Positions 1 through 9,950 of a stretch of DNA of 63,642 bases are shown piece after piece. Both the position numbers and the translations under genes were made by a program. Source of the DNA: an uncultured Candidatus Saccharibacteria bacterium (GTDB lineage Bacteria > Patescibacteriota > UBA1384 > JAMDBS01 > DAOVQR01). Each line of letters starts with the position of its first letter. Within the stretch, counting starts at the first letter, position 1. The notes below the pieces were generated by a model. It was not told where the DNA came from. It searched no databases and worked only from the letters and a program-made list of their open reading frames with translations. The stretch covers positions 1 to 63,642 of the forward strand of contig CAYZSW010000006.1 in assembly GCA_964481135.1 (NCBI GenBank), given 5' to 3'.

Positions 1-96
1 TTTTTTTATCACTTAAAAACTTCAAAGTGTCCAAGAAGCTAGTCATCATTTCCAACTTGAGATTTTGATAATTGCTAATATGTTGAAACTGAGATA

Positions 97-729
97 TTAA
101 CTCATCCATCCTGGAAAAGTATTAGTAAGACCAAATAATATATATTGAATACCCATTGCAATCAAAATTATACTTAAAAGTTTAGAAATTACTTCTATGC
201 CAATATCGCCTAAGAATTTTGCCAAATGATTTGCACTTATGAAAATTAAATAATTTACAATAGCTAAAACCAAAAGAACTATAAAAACTTGATAATGTTG
301 CACTCCTTCATGACTTGCTAATAAAATGACTGTACTAATTACTGCAGGACCTGCTAAAAGAGGCACAGCTAAAGGAACAAAGGCCTGACCTATTAAACTT
401 TCTTTTTCGGTTTTTTGTTTGATTTTTTCTTCTTCCTCTTGTTGATTTTGTTTTAAATTAATACCTAATAATAATTTAAAACCAATAAGAGCAATTACAA
501 TTCCCCCTGCAATTCTAAATGCTTCAATACCAATATCAAATGCATCTAAAATAGCTGTACCAGTGTATAAAAATAAAACTGAAAGAACGAAAGAAAAAAT
601 ACAAGCAACAATAATCATTAAATGAATGTTGCCCGGTTTTTTTCCTTTTGTCATAGCAATAAATAAAGGCAGATCGTCAATTGGATTTCCTACAGCAAAT
701 AAAAGTGCAAACATATGAAGAAATGACAT
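97..729 (-). CDS. MarC family (UPF0056) integral membrane protein
   Basis: 210-aa ORF with multiple hydrophobic spans. The N-terminal FALLFAVGNPIDDLPLF region and the central charged loop (QQEEEEKIKQK) fit my recollection of the MarC/UPF0056 family. Confidence 0.7.
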   Translation of the reverse strand: MSFLHMFALLFAVGNPIDDLPLFIAMTKGKKPGNIHLMIIVACIFSFVLSVLFLYTGTAILDAFDIGIEAFRIAGGIVIALIGFKLLLGINLKQNQQEEEEKIKQKTEKESLIGQAFVPLAVPLLAGPAVISTVILLASHEGVQHYQVFIVLLVLAIVNYLIFISANHLAKFLGDIGIEVISKLLSIILIAMGIQYILFGLTNTFPGWMS

Positions 730-785
730 AAAGATCCTTTTTTAATAAATATAAGTATTTGTAATTATTATATCACAAAAATAAA

Positions 786-1289
786 TTATATTTTACGCGA
801 ATCATAAGCCCAATGAAGCAATGCTTGGCGTTGTTTTGGACGACAAGATAAATCAAATGGTTCACAATTTCCTTTAAGTTGTGATAAATGTCTTTTAAAT
901 GCTTTCCATCTTTTTATCTGACGCTGGTCATCTGGACATCTACGACCCATATAGTAACGACAATACCATTGAAACCAACCTCTTGGATCTTCTTCGTAAA
1001 TCCATCCTTTTTCCTGCCAAACTTTAAGTGGTTGCGATGCCAAAACTTTGAAATAGTTTAACTTTGGGTCTTTACCGTTTTTGGAAAATTTTACGCTCCT
1101 AAACCAGCTTTTTGGAAATTCTTTCTCATCTACATCACGGTACCACCCGCCAAAAATTCCAAGTTTAAGCATTTGGGCAGGAGTCAAATCTGGCTGAAAT
1201 TCAGGGTCAAAATTTTTACCCATTGGTTCGGTGAGATAATATGTATAGTTTTTCTGCAACAAATTACTTACTTTAACTTTTTTCGTCAT
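786..1289 (-). CDS. conserved hypothetical protein (Trp/Arg-rich, no family assigned)
   Basis: 167-aa ORF. It overlaps the upstream methyltransferase gene by 17 nt, which suggests an operon. Motifs TPAQMLKLGIFGGWY and DPRGWFQWYCRYYMGRR look conserved, but I cannot name the family. Confidence 0.5.
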   Translation of the reverse strand: MTKKVKVSNLLQKNYTYYLTEPMGKNFDPEFQPDLTPAQMLKLGIFGGWYRDVDEKEFPKSWFRSVKFSKNGKDPKLNYFKVLASQPLKVWQEKGWIYEEDPRGWFQWYCRYYMGRRCPDDQRQIKRWKAFKRHLSQLKGNCEPFDLSCRPKQRQALLHWAYDSRKI

Positions 1290-2025
1290 TATTAACCTTT
1301 TTTAGCACTACCAAACAATCAGAAGGATTGTAAATACTGCCTGATTTTTTAAGTTTAATTATATCTATTAGTTTCCACTTTAAATCTGATTTGATAATGG
1401 TTTTTAATCTTGACGCAGTGAAATCCATATAATACATAATAAATTCTGGTTTAATTAAAAAATTACGAATTTTCATTACAATATCAAAACCTTTTAAAAT
1501 AATAAATTTAGGGCAATACCAAGGCAAATCATCTGTAAGATTAAAAATAAAATACCCGCCACTTTTCAGTGCATTATTGATATTGTCTAGAAATTTTTTT
1601 TGATTTTTTTTATCAATATGTCCGTAAGCACCAAAACAAACAGCTAAATCAAATTTGTTTTTAATATTAAGCTTAAAAATATCTTTTTGAATAAGTTTGA
1701 TATTAGGATAATTTTTACTGATTTTTTGTCTTAAATTTTTTTGAGCTTGTTTCAACATTTCCCTACTATAGTCAACTCCAGTGATACTCTGTTTTATAAA
1801 AGGGTAAATTGTTTCTATCCCAGCTCCTGTACCACAACAAACATCAAGTGCTAAATTATATGGAGCATATTTTTTAATTTGCTGAGTAATTTCAGTTAAC
1901 ACTAACCTATCGGAACGAAATGGAGTATTATCAAATTTTGACGCAAGTAAATTATACCCCTCTTGCGTTGAAGATAAACTTTGTTTTAATAATTCAATTG
2001 TGCTAGGACCATCTTTTTGAAACAT
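1273..2025 (-). CDS. class I SAM-dependent methyltransferase
   Basis: 250-aa ORF with SAM-binding motif I LDVCCGTGAGIE followed by the acidic loop GVDYS. Confidence 0.8.
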   Translation of the reverse strand: MFQKDGPSTIELLKQSLSSTQEGYNLLASKFDNTPFRSDRLVLTEITQQIKKYAPYNLALDVCCGTGAGIETIYPFIKQSITGVDYSREMLKQAQKNLRQKISKNYPNIKLIQKDIFKLNIKNKFDLAVCFGAYGHIDKKNQKKFLDNINNALKSGGYFIFNLTDDLPWYCPKFIILKGFDIVMKIRNFLIKPEFIMYYMDFTASRLKTIIKSDLKWKLIDIIKLKKSGSIYNPSDCLVVLKKVNNDEKS

Positions 2026-2087
2026 ATTTTACTTTTTTAATTTTTATTTTTATATTAATTTTGTAAAAACTATTTTTTAATTTTTCA

Positions 2088-2603
2088 TTATTTGTCTATA
2101 ATATCTTTTACTTTTTCAATCAATGTTCGGTCTCTGACATTAAAAAACTTACCGAAGTAGTCTTTGGCTTTGTGGGTTTGGAATAGTTTAAAAGCTTCGT
2201 CAATTTTTACCCATTTGGTCTGAAAATCAAATTGTTTTTCAAAGTCTGTATATTCTGGATCTTGGACTTGTTTTGAAAATCTAGCAGTAAAACAAAAATC
2301 AGTTTGAATCGTCTGGATCTCATTTCTGTAAGAAAGTATTTGACCAATCTTTTTGATATTCGCAACTGTAATACCCAGCTCTTCCAAAACTTCTCTTTTA
2401 AGAGCGTCAATTGCATCCTCTTCATCATCGATTCCACCTCCAGGAAGTTTGTAAAAATCTTCTTTTGCTAGATAGATCAGTGCAATCTCATTTTTTTCAT
2501 TAAAAACTACTACACGCGTAGCTTTTCTTGATTTATAATCAATATCCAGCTTTTTATCTTTCAAGCCAATGTCCGTTTCATAAATTGTTTTTAGAAGTTT
2601 CAT
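2088..2603 (-). CDS. NUDIX hydrolase
   Basis: 171-aa ORF with a Nudix box: GGGIDDEEDAIDALKREVLEELG (GX5EX7REUXEEXGU). Confidence 0.85.
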   Translation of the reverse strand: MKLLKTIYETDIGLKDKKLDIDYKSRKATRVVVFNEKNEIALIYLAKEDFYKLPGGGIDDEEDAIDALKREVLEELGITVANIKKIGQILSYRNEIQTIQTDFCFTARFSKQVQDPEYTDFEKQFDFQTKWVKIDEAFKLFQTHKAKDYFGKFFNVRDRTLIEKVKDIIDK

Positions 2604-2606
2604 AAT

Positions 2607-3140
2607 TTATTCCTTATTTCTATATTCCATTCTCTTTTTAAATAAATTCTCACTGTACCCACCTTCTTTGATAAACTTATTTTCTAATGATTGGATCATT
2701 TTGTCTAGCATATAATTTTCTTTATTTAAAATGCAAATCATTAGGTTTGCATAACTCTCTGAAGAATTAGTCCAATTAGACAAATTGGGCAAATTAGTCT
2801 CATTTGAGATTCGCATTCTGCGAATCTCCCAAGATTTTTGTGAATTTTTATCCCAAATTGGTAGTTTTCTAATCCTCAAAAAATCTTTGTAATCCTCCAA
2901 TAATTCTCCGAAAGAACCGCGTGAAACCCCAGTAAGTTTAATATTCATTTTTAAACTTTTTTCTAAAGATCCCTCAACAATATTCTGTTTGCCAGAACGA
3001 GCTGCTTGGATCATTTGCTCAATAGTTCGCTTATCTTTAAATTGATCGAGATATTTTTTGCAAAACTCATGTGTTAAATCATAAATTATTACTGCTTGCT
3101 GATAAACTATCAGGTTTTGATAACCACTTTTATTGTTCAT
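2607..3140 (-). CDS. four-helix-bundle protein (23S rRNA intervening-sequence protein family-like)
   Basis: 177-aa ORF. The N-terminal YQNLIVYQQAVIIYDLTHEFCKKY and QMIQAARSGKQNIVEG are typical of this family as I recall it. Confidence 0.6.
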   Translation of the reverse strand: MNNKSGYQNLIVYQQAVIIYDLTHEFCKKYLDQFKDKRTIEQMIQAARSGKQNIVEGSLEKSLKMNIKLTGVSRGSFGELLEDYKDFLRIRKLPIWDKNSQKSWEIRRMRISNETNLPNLSNWTNSSESYANLMICILNKENYMLDKMIQSLENKFIKEGGYSENLFKKRMEYRNKE

Positions 3141-3142
3141 AA

Positions 3143-3568
3143 TTATTTTCCTTTTGAAACTTTTGCTACTTTTGACGCCTCTGACGCCTTTTTATAACAT
3201 TTCCCATCGTGCACGCAAATTGTGCCATTAAGACAAGAATACTTTTTTGATAATTGTTTACAAGTCTTACGAATTCCTTTATCACGAATCATCGCTAATG
3301 TTTTAAAGGTATCATAGTTGTATCTTGTTACATATCTTTTATTGAGATCTTTCATCCGCTTACATGGATATTTTTCACATTCATAGCAAAATTTTGATTT
3401 AGTTTTTGCAAGTTCTGGGCAATTTTTAATAATGCATTTTGTGCAAGATTTAAAAGTACTATTTTTAGGATCCAAAAATCTGCATCCAGGACAAGTGTTT
3501 TTCTCCCGCAAATAACCTTTGCAAAGCATACAATTTATCCCACATGGCGCCAATAGTTTTGTATTCAT
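3143..3568 (-). CDS. Cys-rich DUF3795-like protein
   Basis: 141-aa ORF with many CxxC-type pairs (CGINCMLCKGY, CPGC, CTKCIIKNC, CYECEKYPC). Confidence 0.55.
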   Translation of the reverse strand: MNTKLLAPCGINCMLCKGYLREKNTCPGCRFLDPKNSTFKSCTKCIIKNCPELAKTKSKFCYECEKYPCKRMKDLNKRYVTRYNYDTFKTLAMIRDKGIRKTCKQLSKKYSCLNGTICVHDGKCYKKASEASKVAKVSKGK

Positions 3569-3588
3569 AAATTTCCTAATAAAAATTA

Positions 3589-4083
3589 TTATTTTATTAA
3601 ATACTTTTCATAATCTTTAATAAAATATTTGATATTTTTCTTACCTTTGATTGTAAATTTATATCCTTCTTTTTCAAGAAGTTTTTTTTGAGCTTCAACG
3701 CCTCCTGGAAATTTATGATTTAATTCTCCTTGGTTTTTTACTGTCCTCCACCACGGAGTTACATCTTTCTTACCTTCAGCCTTTGCTTCTTCAACTGCAT
3801 TAGCTACAGTCATAGTATGAATTCCTGCAACTAAACTACAAGCAGCAATAACTTTGTATTTTTTACCAAGACTTTTACATATTTGTTCAAGTGTGATAAT
3901 TTTTCCCTTTGGAACTGTTTCCATTATTTTTTTTACATCACTTGCATTAGTAATTACGATTTCATCATGTGCATTTACCCCAATTGCATGAAGTGCATTA
4001 TAACAAGGAAATCCTTTTTCAATTTTTAATTTTTTAGGATATGCTTTTTTGTCAACCATTTTTTCTTGCCAAGTTTTTCCCAT
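3589..4083 (-). CDS. MGMT-family DNA-binding domain protein, alkyltransferase-like (no acceptor Cys)
   Basis: 164-aa ORF. VPKGKIITLEQICKSLG followed by TPWWRTVKNQGEL resembles the PCHRV region of O6-alkylguanine transferases, with Trp in place of Cys. Confidence 0.5.
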   Translation of the reverse strand: MGKTWQEKMVDKKAYPKKLKIEKGFPCYNALHAIGVNAHDEIVITNASDVKKIMETVPKGKIITLEQICKSLGKKYKVIAACSLVAGIHTMTVANAVEEAKAEGKKDVTPWWRTVKNQGELNHKFPGGVEAQKKLLEKEGYKFTIKGKKNIKYFIKDYEKYLIK

Positions 4084-4098
4084 ACTACCTCCTTTGTG

Positions 4099-4443
4099 TT
4101 ATAATTTTACACTTTTAATAATGTTAATTATTCCTTTTTCATCTATTTCATCTAGTGATTTTATTTCGATACTTCCAGTTATTTTTCCAATTTTATTTAA
4201 TTTTTTAAGAATATTTTCTGGTAATCCCTTTACAATAATACCTAAATTTACATGGTCTTTAAGTCCGACAATATAAGCTTTACCAAATTTATTTTTACTA
4301 TCTGCACCATATGTAATTGATCCACCAAAAAATCCTTCATCCCATTTTGAACAATTTTTTTTAATAATGCTTTGTAGTTTTTTAATAATTTCTTTTTGGA
4401 GAGTTTCTTGTCTATCAATATATTCTTCAACTTTTAAATTCAT
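4099..4443 (-). CDS. DUF1801 (YdhG-like) domain protein
   Basis: 114-aa ORF. The N-terminal VEEYIDRQETLQKEIIKKLQSIIKK pattern is typical of DUF1801 as I recall it. Confidence 0.45.
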   Translation of the reverse strand: MNLKVEEYIDRQETLQKEIIKKLQSIIKKNCSKWDEGFFGGSITYGADSKNKFGKAYIVGLKDHVNLGIIVKGLPENILKKLNKIGKITGSIEIKSLDEIDEKGIINIIKSVKL

Positions 4444-4455
4444 ATACTTCTCCTA

Positions 4456-4926
4456 TTAATCAATTTTTCCAATAATGACTGTGTAATTTTTACCATATTT
4501 TTTTGCACATTTTGGGCAAGTTGTATACCACATATACCATTTTTTGATATTATATCCTTTTTCAATGGCAAATTTTTTAAAATCATCACACCAAATTTTT
4601 GTATCCTTAAAATCCCCTTCGTAAACTTTGGAAAGAAATTTTCCAGACAAAGTTATATTTTCCAGTCCAAAAATCTCCTTATCTACTGCCAAGAACATAT
4701 CCATATTCCACATTGAAGTATGGAGAGATAAAGTTAAATTTTCTGGTGTTTGAGAATTATTTTTTTCAACTTCATTCATAAGCTTAGTAATCACACTACC
4801 AAAATTAATTGGTATATAAAAAATTGTAAATACTTTACCTTTAACAAATTTTTTATTTTTCCACTCTAAAATTTTATCATCCCAAGGATTGGGATTGAAT
4901 TTTGGACAACATTCTTCGTTTGACAT
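4456..4926 (-). CDS. hypothetical protein (Cys pairs at both termini)
   Basis: 156-aa ORF with CCPKF at the N-terminus and CPKC at the C-terminus. No family assigned. Confidence 0.45.
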   Translation of the reverse strand: MSNEECCPKFNPNPWDDKILEWKNKKFVKGKVFTIFYIPINFGSVITKLMNEVEKNNSQTPENLTLSLHTSMWNMDMFLAVDKEIFGLENITLSGKFLSKVYEGDFKDTKIWCDDFKKFAIEKGYNIKKWYMWYTTCPKCAKKYGKNYTVIIGKID

Positions 4927-4942
4927 AAAAACTCCAATTTAT

Positions 4943-5485
4943 TTATTTTTCAAATATTTTTTTCCACTGCCGAAATTTTTTAATTTTATATTTTCCAAAA
5001 AGACCTAAACTTTTTTCTGCTTCTTTAAATGTTTTTTTCCTTTTTTTAGGATCGCTTGTTTTTGAATAAAAGTTATCTGCGTATGCAATAATTTTTTCTT
5101 CTAAAGAAACCGGCACCATGTCTCTTTTTGGCAAAGGTAATTTTTCTTTAATTATTTGTTTTTTAGTTATTCCAACTCCAATATGTCTTTCGCTTACTAA
5201 TGCATGTTTTGATAACCCTTCTTTTTCTAAAATCAATCGACCAAAATATCCATGACAAATATATGGTATTTCAGGATCTTTTTCTCTAAGTTTAATTATT
5301 TCTGATACACCAATATCATGTAGCATTGCAGCCTCATAAATAAACTGCTTATCTGGATTTAGATTTTGAACATTATCTGCAATTTCTAATGCTTTTTTCG
5401 CAACTGCCTTTGAATGCTCTAATAATCGGTAATAATATTCATTTTTAATAGCAAAATATTTTTCTAATAACTTTTCTGGTTTCAT
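4943..5485 (-). CDS. HD-domain phosphohydrolase
   Basis: 180-aa ORF. It has H..(AAMLHDIG) HD-motif residues plus a downstream ERHIGVG. Confidence 0.7.
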   Translation of the reverse strand: MKPEKLLEKYFAIKNEYYYRLLEHSKAVAKKALEIADNVQNLNPDKQFIYEAAMLHDIGVSEIIKLREKDPEIPYICHGYFGRLILEKEGLSKHALVSERHIGVGITKKQIIKEKLPLPKRDMVPVSLEEKIIAYADNFYSKTSDPKKRKKTFKEAEKSLGLFGKYKIKKFRQWKKIFEK

Positions 5486-5566
5486 AATTTTATCATTATA
5501 AATTATTTTATATCAATAAATTGTTGCCGTAAAAGAATCTGCTAAAAAATAAACACTAATTTATAA

Positions 5567-6529
5567 TTAAACAATTTTTTTAAATTCTGTCATTAATCCA
5601 ATTAATTTTGAATTAATATTATTAAAACTATACTCATCTATTGATTCATATGATAACTCTTTATTTTTGCTTATTGCTTCTGCTACTAAATAACCACTTT
5701 TAGCTGCCGGGCCTATTCCTTCTGCCAAATCTAAAGTTGCAAGACCTGCTGAATCACCTATTATAAACGCATTCCCTAATTTAGGCACTAATTTTTTATC
5801 TCTAACCAAATATTGATATCCATACGGACAAAAATTTTTTTTAATTATTAAATTTTCTTTTTTAAGTTTTTGAATAAAATAATCCCATTGAGATAAAATA
5901 TTTTTTTTATCACCTAAAAAACCGCCAAGCCCAATATTAATATATCCATTTTCTTTTGGAACATACCAAAAATATCCATTTAAATTATTTTCAAAAAACC
6001 AAAGATAGCAATCTTGGTTTTTATAATCATATTTAAACTCTTGGTCCATAACTGTTACTAAGTGTTTTTTAGATCTAGGAAATTTTTTTTCAAAAATTGT
6101 CTTATAAACAGGGCAAAAGGTGCCTCCGGCACCTACCAGATATTTGCATTTAAATTTATCATCAATAATATAATAATCTCTATTTTTAGTAATCTTTTTT
6201 ACATTGTGTTGATATACTTTTGCTTTTGATCTTTTTAAAAGCCAATTGTCAAATTCTAGTCTTCTTATAGAATATTGCAAAGAATCAATTTTTCTTTTCA
6301 TTCCAAAAAAAGAAATATACATTTTTTTGAATTCAACTATTGAATGAGGGTAATTGTCAAGTTTTAATAATTTAATATCTTGTGGAGTTATCCAACCTGC
6401 ACATAACTTATCGCGTGGAAATTTTTTTTTATCTAAAATAATTACCTCATTGCCACTTTCAATAAGTTTCCATGCACAGGTTGAACCTGCAGGGCCACCA
6501 CCTATAATAATTGTATCTTTGTATATCAT
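5567..6529 (-). CDS. FAD-dependent oxidoreductase, geranylgeranyl-reductase-like
   Basis: 320-aa ORF. It has an N-terminal Rossmann dinucleotide motif IIGGGPAGSTCAWKL, then LDKKKFPRDKLCAGWI, and GDSAGLA near the C-terminus. Confidence 0.7.
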   Translation of the reverse strand: MIYKDTIIIGGGPAGSTCAWKLIESGNEVIILDKKKFPRDKLCAGWITPQDIKLLKLDNYPHSIVEFKKMYISFFGMKRKIDSLQYSIRRLEFDNWLLKRSKAKVYQHNVKKITKNRDYYIIDDKFKCKYLVGAGGTFCPVYKTIFEKKFPRSKKHLVTVMDQEFKYDYKNQDCYLWFFENNLNGYFWYVPKENGYINIGLGGFLGDKKNILSQWDYFIQKLKKENLIIKKNFCPYGYQYLVRDKKLVPKLGNAFIIGDSAGLATLDLAEGIGPAAKSGYLVAEAISKNKELSYESIDEYSFNNINSKLIGLMTEFKKIV

Positions 6530-6538
6530 AAAATAATT

Positions 6539-7774
6539 TTATTTTTTAACTAATACATTACACACAAGCCCATTAACAGTCAGTCCGCAATAAGAAAGAA
6601 TAAGATAATGTTTAAACACCCTTATAGCAAAATCAATGTCTTTGCATTTACTTTTATTTTTTAAAAGTTTTCTAATTTCTAATTCGTGTTGACAAAATTT
6701 TTTGTACCAACAATCAAGAGTTTTAGGATAAGACAAATCGGGCAAATTGTTTCTATCCACGGATTTAAAATATTTTTTAAAAATTTTAATGCTTTTATTT
6801 ATATTGGTGACACATCCTCCTGGAAAAATATATTTTGACAAAAATGGGTCAGGATCATCTTGCGTGTCCTCATGAAACATGGCATGGAAAAGTGCTTTTC
6901 CTCCTTTTTTTAAATGCTTAGAGGATTTTTTATAAAGATCATCATAATCATCAATGTGCTCTAAAAGTCCAACTGAAGTAATAAAATCGTATTCACCTTG
7001 CATATCATGAGCATTAATATTTTTCACCTTTACCAAATGGTTCAGTTTTCTTTTTTTAGCTTCTTTTTTAATATAATCAGATTGAGCAGTAGATAGTGTA
7101 ATGCCAGTGCAATCAATACCAAAATGTTCTGCAAAGTAAAACATTAGTCCTCCCCAACCACAACCAAGATCCAGCATTTTTTTATTTTTAGATTTTTTAC
7201 TTATTCCTAATCGTTTCGCATAAAAGTTAAATTTATTTTTTTGTGCCTGCTCTAGTGTCTTAGTGTTTTTATCCCATTTAGCGCAAGTATATTGAATATA
7301 TTTAGATTTAAGCCAATAAAAATAAAATTGGTTTGCATCTTGGTCACGACTAAACCAGTGATTTAAACTATAATGACTGTTAATATCTTTGTGTTGGTTT
7401 TTACTCGTAAAAAATTTACTAATCGCTTTAGCTTTAACAATTTCAAATTTATCTAAAAATGAGAGTTTTGATTGCAATCTTTTGTCGTATACTGTACGAA
7501 CTATCATAAGTAAAAAATACTTATAATCCTTGTCTACAACATTAATTAAACCCTCGCAATAACATTCGCCAAGACCAATAGATCCTTCTTTAAATATTCT
7601 GTCAAATACCTCTTTAGAATTTTTAAACTTCACATTGACAGTCGACTTACTTTTACCGACCAAAGGATATTTAAAATCATCAAAATGAAACTGAAAACTA
7701 TGCTTGGGGTAAACCAAAACATAATTTTTTGCCATATTAATAAATATTTTTTCATAGTTTGAAAATTTATACAT
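6539..7774 (-). CDS. cyclopropane-fatty-acyl-phospholipid synthase family SAM methyltransferase
   Basis: 411-aa ORF with SAM motif LDLGCGWGGLMFYFAEHFG, plus SVGLLEHI and IFPGG motifs typical of the CFA/mycolic-acid methyltransferase family. Confidence 0.75.
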   Translation of the reverse strand: MYKFSNYEKIFINMAKNYVLVYPKHSFQFHFDDFKYPLVGKSKSTVNVKFKNSKEVFDRIFKEGSIGLGECYCEGLINVVDKDYKYFLLMIVRTVYDKRLQSKLSFLDKFEIVKAKAISKFFTSKNQHKDINSHYSLNHWFSRDQDANQFYFYWLKSKYIQYTCAKWDKNTKTLEQAQKNKFNFYAKRLGISKKSKNKKMLDLGCGWGGLMFYFAEHFGIDCTGITLSTAQSDYIKKEAKKRKLNHLVKVKNINAHDMQGEYDFITSVGLLEHIDDYDDLYKKSSKHLKKGGKALFHAMFHEDTQDDPDPFLSKYIFPGGCVTNINKSIKIFKKYFKSVDRNNLPDLSYPKTLDCWYKKFCQHELEIRKLLKNKSKCKDIDFAIRVFKHYLILSYCGLTVNGLVCNVLVKK

Positions 7775-7830
7775 AATAAAAATTTTATAACTTATTTAAT
7801 TATCTTAAGTTTAATGAAAATAGTTAAAGA

Positions 7831-8004
7831 TTATTTTTTATTATCGCATTTTACAGGATTACAACAACATGATACGCCAAAAAGAGACATTAATCCTAAA
7901 ATGCCTGCTGCAATGGTAACACCAATTTGCATCCAAGAAGGGTTCCACCAAACCAAAACAATAACTGCTACTGCTAAAATTGTTCTACAAAAACAAATTT
8001 TCAT
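7831..8004 (-). CDS. 57-aa Cys-rich small membrane protein (below the ORF-track cut-off)
   Basis: Hand-translated: MKICFCRTILAVAVIVLVWWNPSWMQIGVTIAAGILGLMSLFGVSCCCNPVKCDNKK. The ATG is preceded by AAAAAGGAGTAAA (SD-like GGAG). It has two hydrophobic spans and sits between the activase and CFA-synthase genes on the same strand. Confidence 0.5.
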   Translation of the reverse strand: MKICFCRTILAVAVIVLVWWNPSWMQIGVTIAAGILGLMSLFGVSCCCNPVKCDNKK

Positions 8005-8030
8005 TTTACTCCTTTTTTTAATTAATTTAA

Positions 8031-8996
8031 TTATATTTTAACATTTTTTAAAAAATTTTTCTTGTCTTCTCCTGGACAACGCATACATCTATTGCCAATA
8101 TAACCGATAAGTTTACTATTTTCGATGATTCGAGTAATCTCGCATTTATTAGGACAATTCCAACCATAAAATGTATATGTTTCAAATTTCGATGAATTAA
8201 TGTTAAAACCTTTGAAATTACTTTTACCTTTAAATTCATCTTTAACTAAAAGTGCAATTCCAAAAGCTCCCATAAGTTCTGGGAACTCTGGAATAATTAT
8301 TTCATTTTTTAATTCTTCTTCAAAACATTTTATTAATGCTTTATTTTTTGCTGTTGCTCCTTGAAATACAAAAGGAGGCTTAAGCTGTTTGCCTTTGGCA
8401 AGCATAGTAAAATAATTACCAACCAAACCTTTGCATACGCCCATTAAAATATCTTCTTTGGGAACACCTTTGTTTAGCTTACTAACTACAGCGCTTTGGG
8501 CAAATATTCCGCATTTACTCGGCACTATTACACTTGTTTTACTACTTAGGGCAGTATTACCAATTTTTTCCAAAGGTACTCCCATCCGATGTGCAATTGC
8601 TTCAATCATTGCTCCAGTTCCACCCCCACAATCGCGATTCATAGAAAAAGAAGTAAGATTACCATTCGTAATTAAAAGTAATTTTGAATCTTCGCCACCA
8701 ATATCAATTATTGTATTCACGCTAGGATAAAGTGTAGTTGTAGCTAAATAATGCGATATTATTTCACTTTCTATTATATCTCCACCAACTAAAAGTGAAA
8801 TAAATTCTCTACCACTACCAGTTATTCCTACACCATTAATATCAAAATCGAATTTCATATTTATAATTAAATCTTTAACAGTGGCAACTAAACCATGATT
8901 TTTTGTATAATATGATTTAATAATTTTATTGTTTTGATTAATAATTACGGCTTTCATCGAAACACTACCGCAATCAATTCCAAGATAGTGCTTCAT
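8031..8996 (-). CDS. BadF/BadG/BcrA/BcrD (HgdC-type) ATPase activase with C-terminal Cys-rich tail
   Basis: 321-aa ORF with actin-fold ATPase motifs GIDCGSVSMKAV and DIGGEDSK. It has cluster-ligand-like Cys contexts (NRDCGGGTG, SKCGIFAQS) and a C-terminal CPNKC...CMRC. There is an ATGA overlap with the upstream gene. Confidence 0.75.
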   Translation of the reverse strand: MKHYLGIDCGSVSMKAVIINQNNKIIKSYYTKNHGLVATVKDLIINMKFDFDINGVGITGSGREFISLLVGGDIIESEIISHYLATTTLYPSVNTIIDIGGEDSKLLLITNGNLTSFSMNRDCGGGTGAMIEAIAHRMGVPLEKIGNTALSSKTSVIVPSKCGIFAQSAVVSKLNKGVPKEDILMGVCKGLVGNYFTMLAKGKQLKPPFVFQGATAKNKALIKCFEEELKNEIIIPEFPELMGAFGIALLVKDEFKGKSNFKGFNINSSKFETYTFYGWNCPNKCEITRIIENSKLIGYIGNRCMRCPGEDKKNFLKNVKI

Positions 8997-9949
8997 TTTA
9001 TTTTCCTCTTATTTCTTTTTAGAAGTTTAATAAATGTCTCCAGCCGAGTATCAAAACCTGCTTCAAATCTATTTTCATCTATTGGGAATCTATAAACTGG
9101 AATGCCATAATCACTACTAATAAAATCAATAGGCATTTCTACTATTGTTTCTGGCATACAACTGAGTGGTAGTAAATGTATTACTCCGTCAAAATTATTT
9201 TTTGCATAATAAATTGTATTTAAAATACTTTCGTATCCGTGTCCACCAATGCGTTTTGGAAAATATTTTTCAACTTCTTTTTTTAAATATTTTTTTTCAT
9301 CTGCGATATGAATTTGATGTCTTAAATACCAAGAAAAATTTGTTTGTATATCAACTCCAATACCCATTTTATTTAATTTATTAATAATATCGTAATTTAC
9401 TCCATGTTCCCATAAAGTATAAACTTCACCAATTAAACCAACATTAATATCTTTTTTCTTAAAAGAATAATATTTTTCATCAATTTGTTTTACATAATAA
9501 TAAAAGTTTTTTAATAAACGCAAAGTTTTTAAATATCCAAAAGAATGATTAATTTTTTTAACATCCTCAAATATTCCCAAACCCATTTTCCCACCTCTTA
9601 AAAAATACATATCAAATTTATAACCCAATTTCTTTAGAATTTGTTCTTGGATATGATAATAATATGTAAATCTACAGCTTGCAGGCTTATCATCTTCCAC
9701 TACACCTACAACTAAAATCGTGTCTGCGCCTTTTTCTAATCCTTGTATTAAACTTCCGAGCGTAGCTTTAAAAGGAAAGCAAACCATGTCAGAACTGTGT
9801 CTGACTCCAAGTTTGATTGTTTCTTGAGTAATCGGCTCAGGAACAATAGGATCAAACCCAAGCTCTTTGACAAGAAAAGTAAAAGCTTCTGTGTAGTGCC
9901 CCATTGCTGGAAATGTTATTTTCTTTTTCATATATATTTGCAATATCAA
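8993..9949 (-). CDS. DUF2229-like (CoA enzyme activase-associated) protein
   Basis: 318-aa ORF. It is translationally coupled (4-nt overlap) to the activase gene. The N-terminal region GHYTEAFTFLVKELGF...MVCFPFKATLGS resembles the uncharacterised domain usually fused or adjacent to these activases. Confidence 0.6.
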   Translation of the reverse strand: MILQIYMKKKITFPAMGHYTEAFTFLVKELGFDPIVPEPITQETIKLGVRHSSDMVCFPFKATLGSLIQGLEKGADTILVVGVVEDDKPASCRFTYYYHIQEQILKKLGYKFDMYFLRGGKMGLGIFEDVKKINHSFGYLKTLRLLKNFYYYVKQIDEKYYSFKKKDINVGLIGEVYTLWEHGVNYDIINKLNKMGIGVDIQTNFSWYLRHQIHIADEKKYLKKEVEKYFPKRIGGHGYESILNTIYYAKNNFDGVIHLLPLSCMPETIVEMPIDFISSDYGIPVYRFPIDENRFEAGFDTRLETFIKLLKRNKRKIK

Positions 9950-9950
9950 A